Shown here: piece by piece, positions 1-8,329 of the stretch
Numbering within the stretch: the first letter of the stretch is position 1
Layout of the letters: the number at the start of each line of letters is the position of its first letter
Origin: an uncultured Gammaproteobacteria bacterium
GTDB taxonomy: Bacteria; Patescibacteriota; Patescibacteriia; Magasanikbacterales; GWA2-37-8
Assembly (NCBI GenBank): GCA_964363685.1
Contig: CAYIJG010000002.1
Span: 2,377-34,498, forward strand
DNA length: 32,122 nucleotides
Reading direction: 5' to 3'
Notes under the pieces: generated by a model
Databases searched by the model: none
The model's input: the letters and a program-made list of their open reading frames with translations, nothing else
Told to the model about the DNA's origin: nothing
Program-made: the position numbers and the translations under genes

Positions 1-39
1 TCTATTGGTTAATCTTAACCGGACTCTATAGATTTTTTT

Positions 40-990
40 CTAGAGCCTTGGCGCAACAGGGGATAGTGTAGTTTGAGTTTTTGAGAGTTCAATCTTTTGC
101 GCTTCGCGAATTACTCCATACATGGTCGCGAGCAAGACAATACTTCCAAGCCATTGAGTCATGGTTAATTGTTCATGCAATGCAAAAAAACCAATCACCA
201 CGGCCGAGATCGGCCAGGTAAGTTCAAGAATTGTTGAGCGAGAAGCGAGGATTTTTTGTAATCCGTAATAATAAATCGTTAGAGCCACGAGCCCTGTAGA
301 AAAAGTAATGGCCAGTAAATATTTCCATTGCAAACCTGTGATCGCACCGAGGCTGCTACCGTGTCCCAGAATGAGGGTAAGTATTATGGCAAAAATCGGC
401 GTAAAGGCAAACCGTGCGCCTGTAGTGTGGAGAAACGAAGTATCGCGTAAGGTATATTTGGAAAAAGCCGTGGAGCTTCCCCAGCAAGCTGCTGCGCCAA
501 TGGCCAGTAGCGCCGCAGTAAGAGTGCCAGCGCCAGTATCCCAATGTACGCGCAAATCAGGAAAAGAAACGAAATAAGCGGCTACCAAGGCAATGCCTGC
601 GTAGAGTATAAATCGTTTGGTAATCTGTTCACGAAGCAGTATCGCTCCGGCCAAAATCGCAAAGAGTGGTTGTAATTGTTGTAACAAAACTACGACCGAG
701 TAGGGGATGTATTGTACTTTGCCAAGTGCCGAAGTGTAGAAATAAGTCCCAAGCGCGCCAGAGAGAGCCGAGACGAGAATTATAGAGAGCCATTGTTTAC
801 GGGTAAAAGTTTTGTATTTACGAAGCGTGCCAATCAGAATCGGTATGAGGATGATAAGTCCCAGCAGATGTTCCCAGAACACCACCACGCTCGGCGGTAA
901 ATTAAATAGTTGTCGGCGTAGTAGGCCGTCCAGGCTCCATAATATTGCCGCCACTACAACAGCAATAGAGCCACGATATACGTGTTTCAC
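40..990 (-). CDS. EamA/DMT-family multi-pass transporter; candidate riboflavin importer (ImpX-like), inferred from the FMN riboswitch leader
   Basis: 316-aa ORF that is hydrophobic throughout, with two EamA-like halves. The start is GTG at 988-990 (minus strand reads GAGAACTAT GTG AAA CAC). An RFN-like leader lies directly upstream. Confidence 0.8.
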   Translation of the reverse strand: MKHVYRGSIAVVVAAILWSLDGLLRRQLFNLPPSVVVFWEHLLGLIILIPILIGTLRKYKTFTRKQWLSIILVSALSGALGTYFYTSALGKVQYIPYSVVVLLQQLQPLFAILAGAILLREQITKRFILYAGIALVAAYFVSFPDLRVHWDTGAGTLTAALLAIGAAACWGSSTAFSKYTLRDTSFLHTTGARFAFTPIFAIILTLILGHGSSLGAITGLQWKYLLAITFSTGLVALTIYYYGLQKILASRSTILELTWPISAVVIGFFALHEQLTMTQWLGSIVLLATMYGVIREAQKIELSKTQTTLSPVAPRL

Positions 991-994
991 ATAG

Positions 995-1141
995 TTCTCT
1001 TCTTTCTATCGCTTACGCGATATCCCGTGACTGCGGGATCCCGACTATACGGTCGGCCCATGAGTTTCACATGGTCATCTGCAACGGGGTGCAGTCGAAG
1101 GCTATACTTCCGATTGGCGAATCTCACGCCACCCAAGAGAT
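995..1141 (-). promoter_or_regulatory. FMN riboswitch (RFN element) in the 5' leader of the EamA transporter
   Basis: The minus-strand RNA reads UCUCUU-GGGUGGCGUGAGAUUCGCC-AAUCGGAAGUAUAGCCUUCGA-CUGCACCCCGUUGCAG-AUGACCAUGUGAAACUCAUGG-GCCGACCGUAUAGUCGGGAU...GAAAGAAGAGA. This matches RFN hallmarks from memory: a GGUGAAAUUCC-like P2 loop, CGGCGGUA..AGCCCGCGA-like P3, GUGAAAUUC-like P5 and GCCGACAGU.AAGUCUGGAU-like P6. The P1 3' strand AAGAGA overlaps the purine-rich RBS, which suggests translational control. The segment is clearly GC-richer than its flanks. Confidence 0.7.
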
Positions 1142-1236
1142 TAATTGGTTAATAAGTAGGGTCTTATTTTACAATAAAGTTAGTTTATAGTAAAGTTTGA
1201 GTATAATATTTTAGATTAATTCACCAAAATTATTTC

Positions 1237-2283
1237 ATGTCTTTTCCTTCAGTACCAAATTATTCAAAAAATCAAATTCGTAAAGCTGGTGATATTTTAA
1301 TATCTGAAAACCAGACTATTTCAGATAAAGAATGGGCACTTGATGTTTTGAGTAGATGGCGCGCTTGTCATGCGTACCCAATTAATACTTTCAATGCTAC
1401 ATTACGAGGTAATGTTAAGATGGTTGATAAAAAGGGTTTGGTTGCGCAACGTCTTAAACGTATGCCTACTATAATTAATAAGCTTAAATTAAACCCAGCA
1501 ATGAATCTTGCTAATATGCAAGATATTGGCGGTGTAAGAGCCATTGTAAATTCGGTAGGTCAAGTTCGTAAATTGCAAGATACCTATCACCAAAAGTACC
1601 GATTTAAACACGAGCTTAAACAAGAAAAAGATTATATTTTATTTCCTAAAGATGATGGATACAGAAGTGTTCATTTGATTTTTAAATATAAAAATAATAG
1701 TCATCGTGCGCGTCAATATAATGGCCTTTTACTTGAAATACAAATTCGTACTAAATTACAGCATATTTGGGCAACCGCGGTAGAAACTATTGGTACTTTA
1801 AGAAATCAAGCTTATAAATCTAAGCAAGGAGAAAAAGAATGGAGAAATTTTTTTTCGGCCACTTCTTCTGCCTTTGCACACATAGAAAAACTTCCTTTGG
1901 TTCCTGCCTATAATAAAATGTCTAAAGAAGAAACATTTAGTATAGTTAAAAAAATGGAGAGTAATCTCGGTGTGTTGAATACTGTTTCTGGGTATTCAGC
2001 TGCCTTAAACCTCATTGATAAACAAGAAAAAAATTGGTTTTATCATTTAATAGTATTAAATACGCAGGAAAGAAAAGTTTCTGTTAGTTCATATTCACGT
2101 GATAATCTTAAAGGTGCTACCGATGGTTATGCTAAAGCCGAAGCTCGAGCTGCGCAAGGTGAAAAAATTGAATCAGTATTAGTTTCTGCTGGCCCTTTAA
2201 AATCTTTACGTAGAGCATATCCGAATTATTTTTTAGATATCTCTGATTTTATTGCGGTTGTTAAAAATATAATTGCTTTTTAA
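1237..2283 (+). CDS. RelA/SpoT-domain nucleotide pyrophosphokinase (small alarmone synthetase-like) with a C-terminal extension of about 150 aa of unknown function
   Basis: Synthetase motifs are present: DIGGVRAIV, DGYRSVHLIF and LLEIQIRTKLQHIWATAVE. There is no HD hydrolase domain and no TGS or ACT domain. A TATAAT element lies near 1202-1207. Confidence 0.8.
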   Translation: MSFPSVPNYSKNQIRKAGDILISENQTISDKEWALDVLSRWRACHAYPINTFNATLRGNVKMVDKKGLVAQRLKRMPTIINKLKLNPAMNLANMQDIGGVRAIVNSVGQVRKLQDTYHQKYRFKHELKQEKDYILFPKDDGYRSVHLIFKYKNNSHRARQYNGLLLEIQIRTKLQHIWATAVETIGTLRNQAYKSKQGEKEWRNFFSATSSAFAHIEKLPLVPAYNKMSKEETFSIVKKMESNLGVLNTVSGYSAALNLIDKQEKNWFYHLIVLNTQERKVSVSSYSRDNLKGATDGYAKAEARAAQGEKIESVLVSAGPLKSLRRAYPNYFLDISDFIAVVKNIIAF

Positions 2284-2326
2284 ATTTTACCTTATTTATT
2301 TTATCATGCCCGTAAATTTTTAGTTT

Positions 2327-2755
2327 ATGATCCCCAACGAAAACTCAAAACGCTTCATCGCCATTCTTAATAAAAAAATTCCCTTAGGCAAACTGATGAA
2401 TGCCTTGGGTCATATGACTGCCGGTTTGGTTGGTGGATTTGGTAATCCTGCCGAAATGTATTTTTTGGAATATGCAGACAAAGATGGGGGATTGCATCGA
2501 CATATTTCTCACTTTCCTTTTATTGTTCTTAAAGCGGATAATGGTAACCAAATTAGAAAAGTTCGCGAGGAAGCTATAGCCAGAAAGATTGATTTTACGG
2601 ATTTTACGAGCACTATGACTATCGGTACTTCCGAAGAACAATTGGCTACTACCAAAAATACGGCCGAAGCGGATTTAGAATATTATGGTATTTGCCTGTT
2701 TGGCTCTACTGAAATTTTAAAAGAATTTACTGGAAAGTTTTCTTTGTTTCAATAA
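2327..2755 (+). CDS. DUF2000-family protein
   Basis: 142 aa. The N-terminal pattern KRFIAILNKKIPLGKLMNALGHMTAGL and the overall length are typical of DUF2000. It lies 43 nt downstream of the RelA/SpoT gene on the same strand. Confidence 0.6.
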   Translation: MIPNENSKRFIAILNKKIPLGKLMNALGHMTAGLVGGFGNPAEMYFLEYADKDGGLHRHISHFPFIVLKADNGNQIRKVREEAIARKIDFTDFTSTMTIGTSEEQLATTKNTAEADLEYYGICLFGSTEILKEFTGKFSLFQ

Positions 2756-2761
2756 TTTGTT

Positions 2762-3643
2762 ATGAATCAAAAATTGCTTTTACAAAAAATAAAAACAAAC
2801 TTTCCTAAATTAAAGTGGAAAACTGTAAAAGATGTTTCAAATGGTTATGACCATTCTGTATTGATTTTAGATAATAAAGTTGTTTTTCGTTTCCCCAAAA
2901 ATCCGTATGCCAGAAGTAGATTTAAAGGGGAAGTGGGCCTTCTTAATTTTATTGCCAATAAGCTAAAACCCATTTTAATCCCGCATTATACATATTTACC
3001 TGCAGATAAAACTTTTGGTGGGTATAAAATTGTAGAAGGTTACCCTTTTATTATTTCGTCTTATAAAAAATTATCCAATCAGCATAAAAGGAAGTTGGCT
3101 GTGGAGATAGCTGAATTTCTTTCTACTCTCCATAGTATCAAGCCTGCTCTAGTTTCCAAGTATATTTTGAAAGACTATGCTAGAACTAAAGAATTTAAAC
3201 GTTTATATAGAAGGTATAAAAAATCACTTTACTCTTTGTTTAATCAAACAGACCAGAGTAGGCTGGAAATTTTTTTCGGTGATCTGTCAAAAGTGTTAAA
3301 AGAAAAACATGACAAAGTTTTTGTCCATAACGATTTATTCGCAGATAATATTTTTTTAAATAAAAACAATCATTTAAAAGGGGTGATTGATTTTACTGAT
3401 AGAGCTATAGATGATCCGGCAGTTGATTTTATTCGGCTTTGGAACTATAATGACCCTGGTTTTGTAGCAATGATTTCTCAGCGGTATAATAAGTTCCAAG
3501 CCAAAGATATTTTCTATCGTTCCCATATTTATTTTCTGGCTGATACAATTTGGAACATGTTTAACGCTATAGAAAAAAATAAAGAAAAAGAAAAGAAGTG
3601 GTTTTATCGTAAGTTTAAAAAAGCTTATAAATTGATTTTTTAA
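2762..3643 (+). CDS. Aminoglycoside/choline-kinase-type phosphotransferase (APH family)
   Basis: Brenner-type catalytic motif VHNDLFADNIFLN followed by GVIDFTDRAIDDPAVDF. The gap to the upstream gene is 6 nt. Confidence 0.75.
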   Translation: MNQKLLLQKIKTNFPKLKWKTVKDVSNGYDHSVLILDNKVVFRFPKNPYARSRFKGEVGLLNFIANKLKPILIPHYTYLPADKTFGGYKIVEGYPFIISSYKKLSNQHKRKLAVEIAEFLSTLHSIKPALVSKYILKDYARTKEFKRLYRRYKKSLYSLFNQTDQSRLEIFFGDLSKVLKEKHDKVFVHNDLFADNIFLNKNNHLKGVIDFTDRAIDDPAVDFIRLWNYNDPGFVAMISQRYNKFQAKDIFYRSHIYFLADTIWNMFNAIEKNKEKEKKWFYRKFKKAYKLIF

Positions 3644-3649
3644 AATATT

Positions 3650-4957
3650 ATGGCAAGAGAAGGCCAGAGAGAATTCCCAGAACCAAGCCAAACAGAAATA
3701 AACCCAGTTGATTTTAACAGCGCGCTTGATAGTGCTGGCCTTCATTTAGTAACTTTGTTGGGAAGCGGAGATTATGAAAAAGGTTTGCAAGTATGGAAGG
3801 AAAGAGGTTATGTTGAAGCTTTGACCAAGTTGTTTGCAGAAAAATCACCTGATTTTATTAGAGTTTTGATTTCAGGCAATCGCACTGCTCTGCTTGACAT
3901 GCTCGAGAATGAGGTCAAAAAAAAGCCTGTTGATTCGATTTTGACAGATGAACTTACGAGATATGCAAAAAATTATAAGGTATTGTCAGTTGTTGCTAAG
4001 CTGTTACTGTTTGTGGATACTGGAGGTTATTTAAAAGATGGTATTTATGATTCAAACGAAATTCAAAAAGTCAGCGAGCTTAAAATTAATTACGACGAGC
4101 TGTTAAAGCTTGACCCAGGCGCTACCAGAGAGGGAATAGAGTATATTATAAATGAAACATTGCCAGAGTCTACACGCAGAAATATTGCTTCAGTGGGGTT
4201 TGTAGATCGTAAACGTAAAATGGATATTACCTACGGTCCGAAATTACACACTTCTTCTGAAACTGCAGCTACTGCCGAGGGTGGTGTTGGTTCTGATGGT
4301 GTGGAAATATTTTTTTGGAGAGGTATGCATAGAAACAGCGTATCTTTTGATATGGATAAAGAAGAGGTGGTTTTTTGGAAAGGTCAGTTAAGACCAGATT
4401 TATCGGTAAGTATATGGAACGATACTGTTTTGCACGAGGCGGGACATGGTGATGATTGGCTGAGAGATGCACTCCATACGGAGATTGGTCATCAGGTGCT
4501 AAAAAATATGATCTATCTTCGAGTGCAGGCAGATGATCGTTTTCAGTCCGCCTATGTAGAAGCTATTTCTAATGACGATAAATATGAAGAGTGGAATTTA
4601 AAAGCGGTTGAATATTGGGCTGAAATTTACAAAGCCTATCTTGTTAATGATCCAAACCTGCCTGAAATTGATGCTAAAATTGTCAAAGATTATATCGCTA
4701 AACAGGACCCTAACTTTGATAGAGATAAAGCATTAGCCCAGCGGTTGAATAAAATTACGGAAATGAACGCAGAAACAAGTTTTCAGAAGCTGTCAATTAT
4801 GCAAGATAAGTATAAGTCTTGGATTAAGCAAGAACATGGTGGGTCTGAAGACTTGGAAAATGTAGTGATGCAAAAATTGGGTCGTGCAGAGCTGGTTAAT
4901 TTCTGGCGATCTGATTTATCTAAGGAAGAAAAAAGTATAGTAATGTTTTTATATTGA
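3650..4957 (+). CDS. Hypothetical protein with a gluzincin-like HExxH...ExxAE signature (putative zinc metallopeptidase, lethal-factor/M34-like)
   Basis: 435 aa. It carries VLHEAGHGDDW, followed about 50 aa later by AVEYWAEIYKAY. No signal peptide or TM segment is present. The gap to the upstream gene is 6 nt. Confidence 0.4.
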   Translation: MAREGQREFPEPSQTEINPVDFNSALDSAGLHLVTLLGSGDYEKGLQVWKERGYVEALTKLFAEKSPDFIRVLISGNRTALLDMLENEVKKKPVDSILTDELTRYAKNYKVLSVVAKLLLFVDTGGYLKDGIYDSNEIQKVSELKINYDELLKLDPGATREGIEYIINETLPESTRRNIASVGFVDRKRKMDITYGPKLHTSSETAATAEGGVGSDGVEIFFWRGMHRNSVSFDMDKEEVVFWKGQLRPDLSVSIWNDTVLHEAGHGDDWLRDALHTEIGHQVLKNMIYLRVQADDRFQSAYVEAISNDDKYEEWNLKAVEYWAEIYKAYLVNDPNLPEIDAKIVKDYIAKQDPNFDRDKALAQRLNKITEMNAETSFQKLSIMQDKYKSWIKQEHGGSEDLENVVMQKLGRAELVNFWRSDLSKEEKSIVMFLY

Positions 4958-4982
4958 TTTTTGTACATGGAGGGAAGTTTTA

Positions 4983-5321
4983 TTGGCAGTGACCAAGCCC
5001 GCCGAACCAGAAGCAATGGAAATAAAAAAATTTCTATCTCCTGTAGAAGTACTACAGTATATGCTTAATTCAGCTCAAGTCCTAGAAGATGAGATTGTTA
5101 AAACTGGTTTTAATAAGGAAAAAGCGGAAACATTAGTTACAAAAGTAGATGCAATTTTTGATAAATATGATTTAGCTATGAATGGTCTGCGAGCAAGTAA
5201 AATAACCGCAGAAGAACAACTTCAATTATTTCCAGAACCTTTAAATGAGGATGATGTAGGTTTTCTTAACGCGACTGGCTGGCAAGGTGGTATGTCAGAT
5301 AGAGCTAAACTTTTAAATTAA
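4983..5321 (+). CDS. Hypothetical small acidic protein
   Basis: ORF with a TTG start at 4983, preceded by GGAGGG about 8 nt upstream. An alternative ATG lies at 5016. No domain recognised. Confidence 0.45.
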   Translation: MAVTKPAEPEAMEIKKFLSPVEVLQYMLNSAQVLEDEIVKTGFNKEKAETLVTKVDAIFDKYDLAMNGLRASKITAEEQLQLFPEPLNEDDVGFLNATGWQGGMSDRAKLLN

Positions 5322-5347
5322 ATTTTTGAGCAAGCGATTAATAATAT

Positions 5348-5794
5348 ATGTCTAATAATCTACTTTGTATCTCTAGTCAAGACGCCTCTAATGGTTGTGT
5401 TTTAGAAAAAACCTTAAATGGATTAGAAATCATTTTTATTACTCCAAGTATCTCAGAAAGAATTTTAACCTTAGTACAAGAATTTAAAGAAAAAGGTGTG
5501 CGAGTGCGACAGGAGGATTTTTTGCCCGGGCAGATCAATATTAATCGTGTAGAAATTACTCCAGATGATCCACGTTATCTTACTGGTTGTGCAGAAGAAT
5601 TTGCTCAGCTAGGCTGGAAAACTTTTATTTACTCTACTGAAAAAGCTCAGATTTGGCGCAAGCTTTATGAATTATCAGTTCCAAATGATTTACGTATCAC
5701 GTTTGGGGAACGTCTTAATGTTTTATCTCAGGAGGCGTTACAGGAATTAAATGAAATTTTAGATCGTGCCGAAAAACGCGCATCCTCTAAATAA
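5348..5794 (+). CDS. Hypothetical protein
   Basis: 148-aa ORF, co-directional with and tightly spaced to its neighbours. No domain recognised. Confidence 0.5.
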   Translation: MSNNLLCISSQDASNGCVLEKTLNGLEIIFITPSISERILTLVQEFKEKGVRVRQEDFLPGQININRVEITPDDPRYLTGCAEEFAQLGWKTFIYSTEKAQIWRKLYELSVPNDLRITFGERLNVLSQEALQELNEILDRAEKRASSK

Positions 5795-5813
5795 ATAATT
5801 ATATCTAGTTTTT

Positions 5814-6722
5814 ATGCTTCCTCTCCGCATTAATCAAGTCACTAAAATTTTCAAAAATTCCAAAGGCGTAGAATTCAAAGCCGTTGATGGGGTAACTTTA
5901 GATATTGAACCAGGCAAAATCTATGGCCTGTTGGGGCCAAATGGCGCTGGCAAATCCACGCTTATCAATATGATTAGCGGTATTTTGCGTGCCTCTGAAG
6001 GCAAGATTGAAGTTTTTGGTTTAGATGTCGCCAAAGAAGCGAGCCAGACCAAACAAATGATCGGGGTTGTGCCGCAAGAAATAGTGATGGAGATGGCTTT
6101 TACGGTGGAAGAAGTGCTGTATTATTTTGGCGGGATGTATGGCGTTGCTCGGGCTGACCGCAAAATCCGCATCAAGCAGGTTTTGGAAGATTTAGGTTTA
6201 GAAGACAAAATCCACGAACGCGCGCGCAATCTTTCTGGTGGGATGAAACGGCGACTGATGGTGGCCAAAGCAATTCTGCACAAACCAAAACTGCTTATTT
6301 TGGATGAACCTTCGGCTGGAGTTGATGTTAGTTTGCGTCAGAAAATCTGGAGTCTGGTCCGTCGACTAAATGAAGAGGGGACGACAATTGTATTTACTAC
6401 GCATTATTTAGAAGAAGCCGAACAGCTCTGTGAATCAATCGCGCTCGTAGATCACGGTCACCTTATCAAGAGTGGCAAGTTAAAAGATATTCAACAGGAG
6501 TTCTCTAAAAACACTATCCACTTTGAATTGTTTGATCGTGTGGTTACGCCGTTAGCCGGAGTTTCAGAAGTGGGGATAGAATATGAATATCCGATTAGTA
6601 CAAATTTGGCTACTGATATGGCCAAGCTTACCAGTCACTATAATCATAATTTGAAATCAATTCGTTCGGAGGCCGCATCGCTTGAATATATATTTTTGAA
6701 GTTAACCAATAATAAACTTTAG
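5814..6722 (+). CDS. ABC transporter ATP-binding protein (ABC-2 exporter type)
   Basis: Walker A GPNGAGKST, signature LSGGMKRRL, Walker B LLILDEPSAGVD and an H-loop TTHYLEEA. Confidence 0.9.
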   Translation: MLPLRINQVTKIFKNSKGVEFKAVDGVTLDIEPGKIYGLLGPNGAGKSTLINMISGILRASEGKIEVFGLDVAKEASQTKQMIGVVPQEIVMEMAFTVEEVLYYFGGMYGVARADRKIRIKQVLEDLGLEDKIHERARNLSGGMKRRLMVAKAILHKPKLLILDEPSAGVDVSLRQKIWSLVRRLNEEGTTIVFTTHYLEEAEQLCESIALVDHGHLIKSGKLKDIQQEFSKNTIHFELFDRVVTPLAGVSEVGIEYEYPISTNLATDMAKLTSHYNHNLKSIRSEAASLEYIFLKLTNNKL

Positions 6723-6723
6723 T

Positions 6724-7479
6724 ATGCAAGCAAACATGTGGGCATTGTACGCGAGAGAAGTCAAGCGTTTTCAAAAAATTTGGATGGATACGGTGTTTAG
6801 TCCGATTATTTCCATTGCCCTATTTTTAGGTGTATTTGGCATTGTGACTTCCGGTCGTGAGGTAGAGGGTCTGCCATATTTAACTTTTGTTTATACTGGA
6901 TTGTTGGCCATGCTTGTGATTAACAATAGTTTTTCCAATCCGTCTTTTGCGCTGGTGATCTCCAAAAATCTTGGAAACATTATTGATTTACAACTCGCGC
7001 CGATTGCGCCCTGGCGAATTGGTATTGCCTATGCGCTGGCCGCTCTCACTCGTGGGGTAATCACTTTTGTTATTGCGATTCTGGCGACAGTGTGGTTTAT
7101 TCCTGGCCTGGGTTTCCCTTTGCATCCTTTGTATTTTATCCTGGCTTTATTTTTTACTGGTTTGGAATTTGGGATGCTCGGGGTGGCCTTTGGTTTCTTG
7201 GCCAAGAATTTTGAAGCCCTGACTTTTATGAATACGTTTGTGATGCAACCGATGATATTTTTGGCCGGAGTATTTTATCCGGTAGCTGGTTTGCCTCACC
7301 CTTGGAATATAATTAGTCTTTTTAACCCCCTGCATCATAATGTCAATTTTTTCCGGTATGCCATAACTGGTTATTTGGATTTTAATCCAAATATTTCTCT
7401 TCTTGTGATGCTAGGTTTTTCGGTGGTGCTATTTGGGGTGATGCAGTGGGCGACAAAACGAAATATTAAAATGAAATAA
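6724..7479 (+). CDS. ABC-2 family transporter permease
   Basis: 251-aa protein with about six TM segments. It begins 1 nt after the ATPase stop, so the two are probably translationally coupled. Confidence 0.8.
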   Translation: MQANMWALYAREVKRFQKIWMDTVFSPIISIALFLGVFGIVTSGREVEGLPYLTFVYTGLLAMLVINNSFSNPSFALVISKNLGNIIDLQLAPIAPWRIGIAYALAALTRGVITFVIAILATVWFIPGLGFPLHPLYFILALFFTGLEFGMLGVAFGFLAKNFEALTFMNTFVMQPMIFLAGVFYPVAGLPHPWNIISLFNPLHHNVNFFRYAITGYLDFNPNISLLVMLGFSVVLFGVMQWATKRNIKMK

Positions 7480-7618
7480 TTTAAAAACAAAAAAACCAGC
7501 TATTCAACACCTTCCAATTTTTTGAAAAGCAATGAACATAAGCTGGCTTCTTCGCTTGTTGCCGCGCCCCGATAAACTCAGAGGTGCGGCGGGTGGCGGC
7601 GCATCGACGATCTTACGG

Positions 7619-7936
7619 CTACTCGAAGGTGATGGTGCCGTCGCGTCGCCCGCTGTGGTACCGGTACTCGGCGACGTAGTTCGTCCCGAAGATCCGGCAC
7701 TTGCCGAACCATTCTCCCGTCCGCTCGTCGAAGTCGACGTTCAGGACGCGGAAGCCGATCTCCATCAGGGAGACGCCCACGCGCAGGATCTTCCCGATGG
7801 CGATGGCATTCAGCGACGTTGTCTTGACAGCGAACGACAGGTCAGTCTCGCGTACGCTCAGAAGGAACTGGCTCCTGTCGGGGTTCTTGGGGTTGGGGAC
7901 AATATTGATGAGAAGCGGGCAGGCCTGGGTGGTCAT
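7619..7936 (-). CDS. Hypothetical 105-aa protein encoded in a high-GC foreign island
   Basis: Clean ORF with the RBS AGGAAAGA a few nt before the ATG. By my count only about 12 of 105 codons end in A/T, a strong contrast with the AT-rich host genes. The opposite-strand ORF 7532-7966 has the Ala/Gly/Arg-rich look of an antisense artefact. Confidence 0.65.
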   Translation of the reverse strand: MTTQACPLLINIVPNPKNPDRSQFLLSVRETDLSFAVKTTSLNAIAIGKILRVGVSLMEIGFRVLNVDFDERTGEWFGKCRIFGTNYVAEYRYHSGRRDGTITFE

Positions 7937-8113
7937 CGGTCTTTCCTGGCAGGAGGTTGTTGGTAGAAGACACTCTCAAAAACAAGTAATGCTTTGGAGG
8001 GTGCCTTCTACCATATTATTAAAGAGCATTATCCATAAAATGGACTTGTTAGTCTAGTACAAAGTAATTATTTTGTCAAGAGTCATGTAGTCCCATATTT
8101 AATTCGTCTACTA

Positions 8114-8142
8114 TTGACAAACCCCAGCTTTTCTGCTATACT
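8114..8142 (+). promoter_or_regulatory. Sigma-70-type promoter (TTGACA-17 nt-TATACT) for the DEAD-box helicase transcript
   Basis: TTGACA at 8114-8119, a 17-nt spacer, and TATACT at 8137-8142. It shares the 13-mer TACTATTGACAAA with the promoter at 27712. Confidence 0.6.
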
Positions 8143-8276
8143 AGCGACTTCTTAATAATGGCTACCAATATGGTTAGCCAAGGACTCGACAGGTTGTTCA
8201 ATCTGTCGTCCCGGGTTTATCCCAGGACGGATCTATTTTGTGTCATTAGCAGTATTTGACCTTGTGGAATTCGTCC

Positions 8277-8329
8277 CGATTTTGCTTCGAGCAAAATCGT
8301 GGATCCTCGATTTTGTCGAAACAAAATCG
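8277..8329 (+). repeat. Two tandem palindromic hairpins, CGATTTTGC-N5-GCAAAATCG and CGATTTTGT-N4-ACAAAATCG, separated by TGGATCCT
   Basis: Read directly: hairpin arms at 8277-8285/8291-8299 and 8308-8316/8321-8329. A near-identical copy in inverted orientation lies at 23102-23125. Confidence 0.7.

Noticed and set aside
1021-1060. The GGATCC-containing hairpins in the EamA leader as a further copy of the 8277/23102 palindrome family
   Set aside because: They share only GGGATCCCGAC-like fragments. The hairpins there are explained as the P6 stem and expression platform of the FMN riboswitch.
3374-3745. 123-aa minus-strand ORF overlapping the kinase gene end
   Set aside because: It is the antisense of an AT-rich, Lys-rich coding region and has Phe/Ile/Lys-rich low-complexity sequence. 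The plus-strand APH gene has clear catalytic motifs.
7532-7966. 144-aa plus-strand ORF across the high-GC island
   Set aside because: It is Ala/Gly/Arg/Pro-rich, a composition typical of the antisense frame of a high-GC gene. It has no RBS. The minus-strand 105-aa ORF has an RBS and coherent GC3 codon bias.
7483-7985. Possible target-site duplication or inverted repeats bounding the high-GC island
   Set aside because: Only a trivial shared A-rich 8-mer (AAAAACAA) occurs at both edges. No convincing direct or inverted terminal repeats are present, and there is no recombinase, so no mobile-element call was made.
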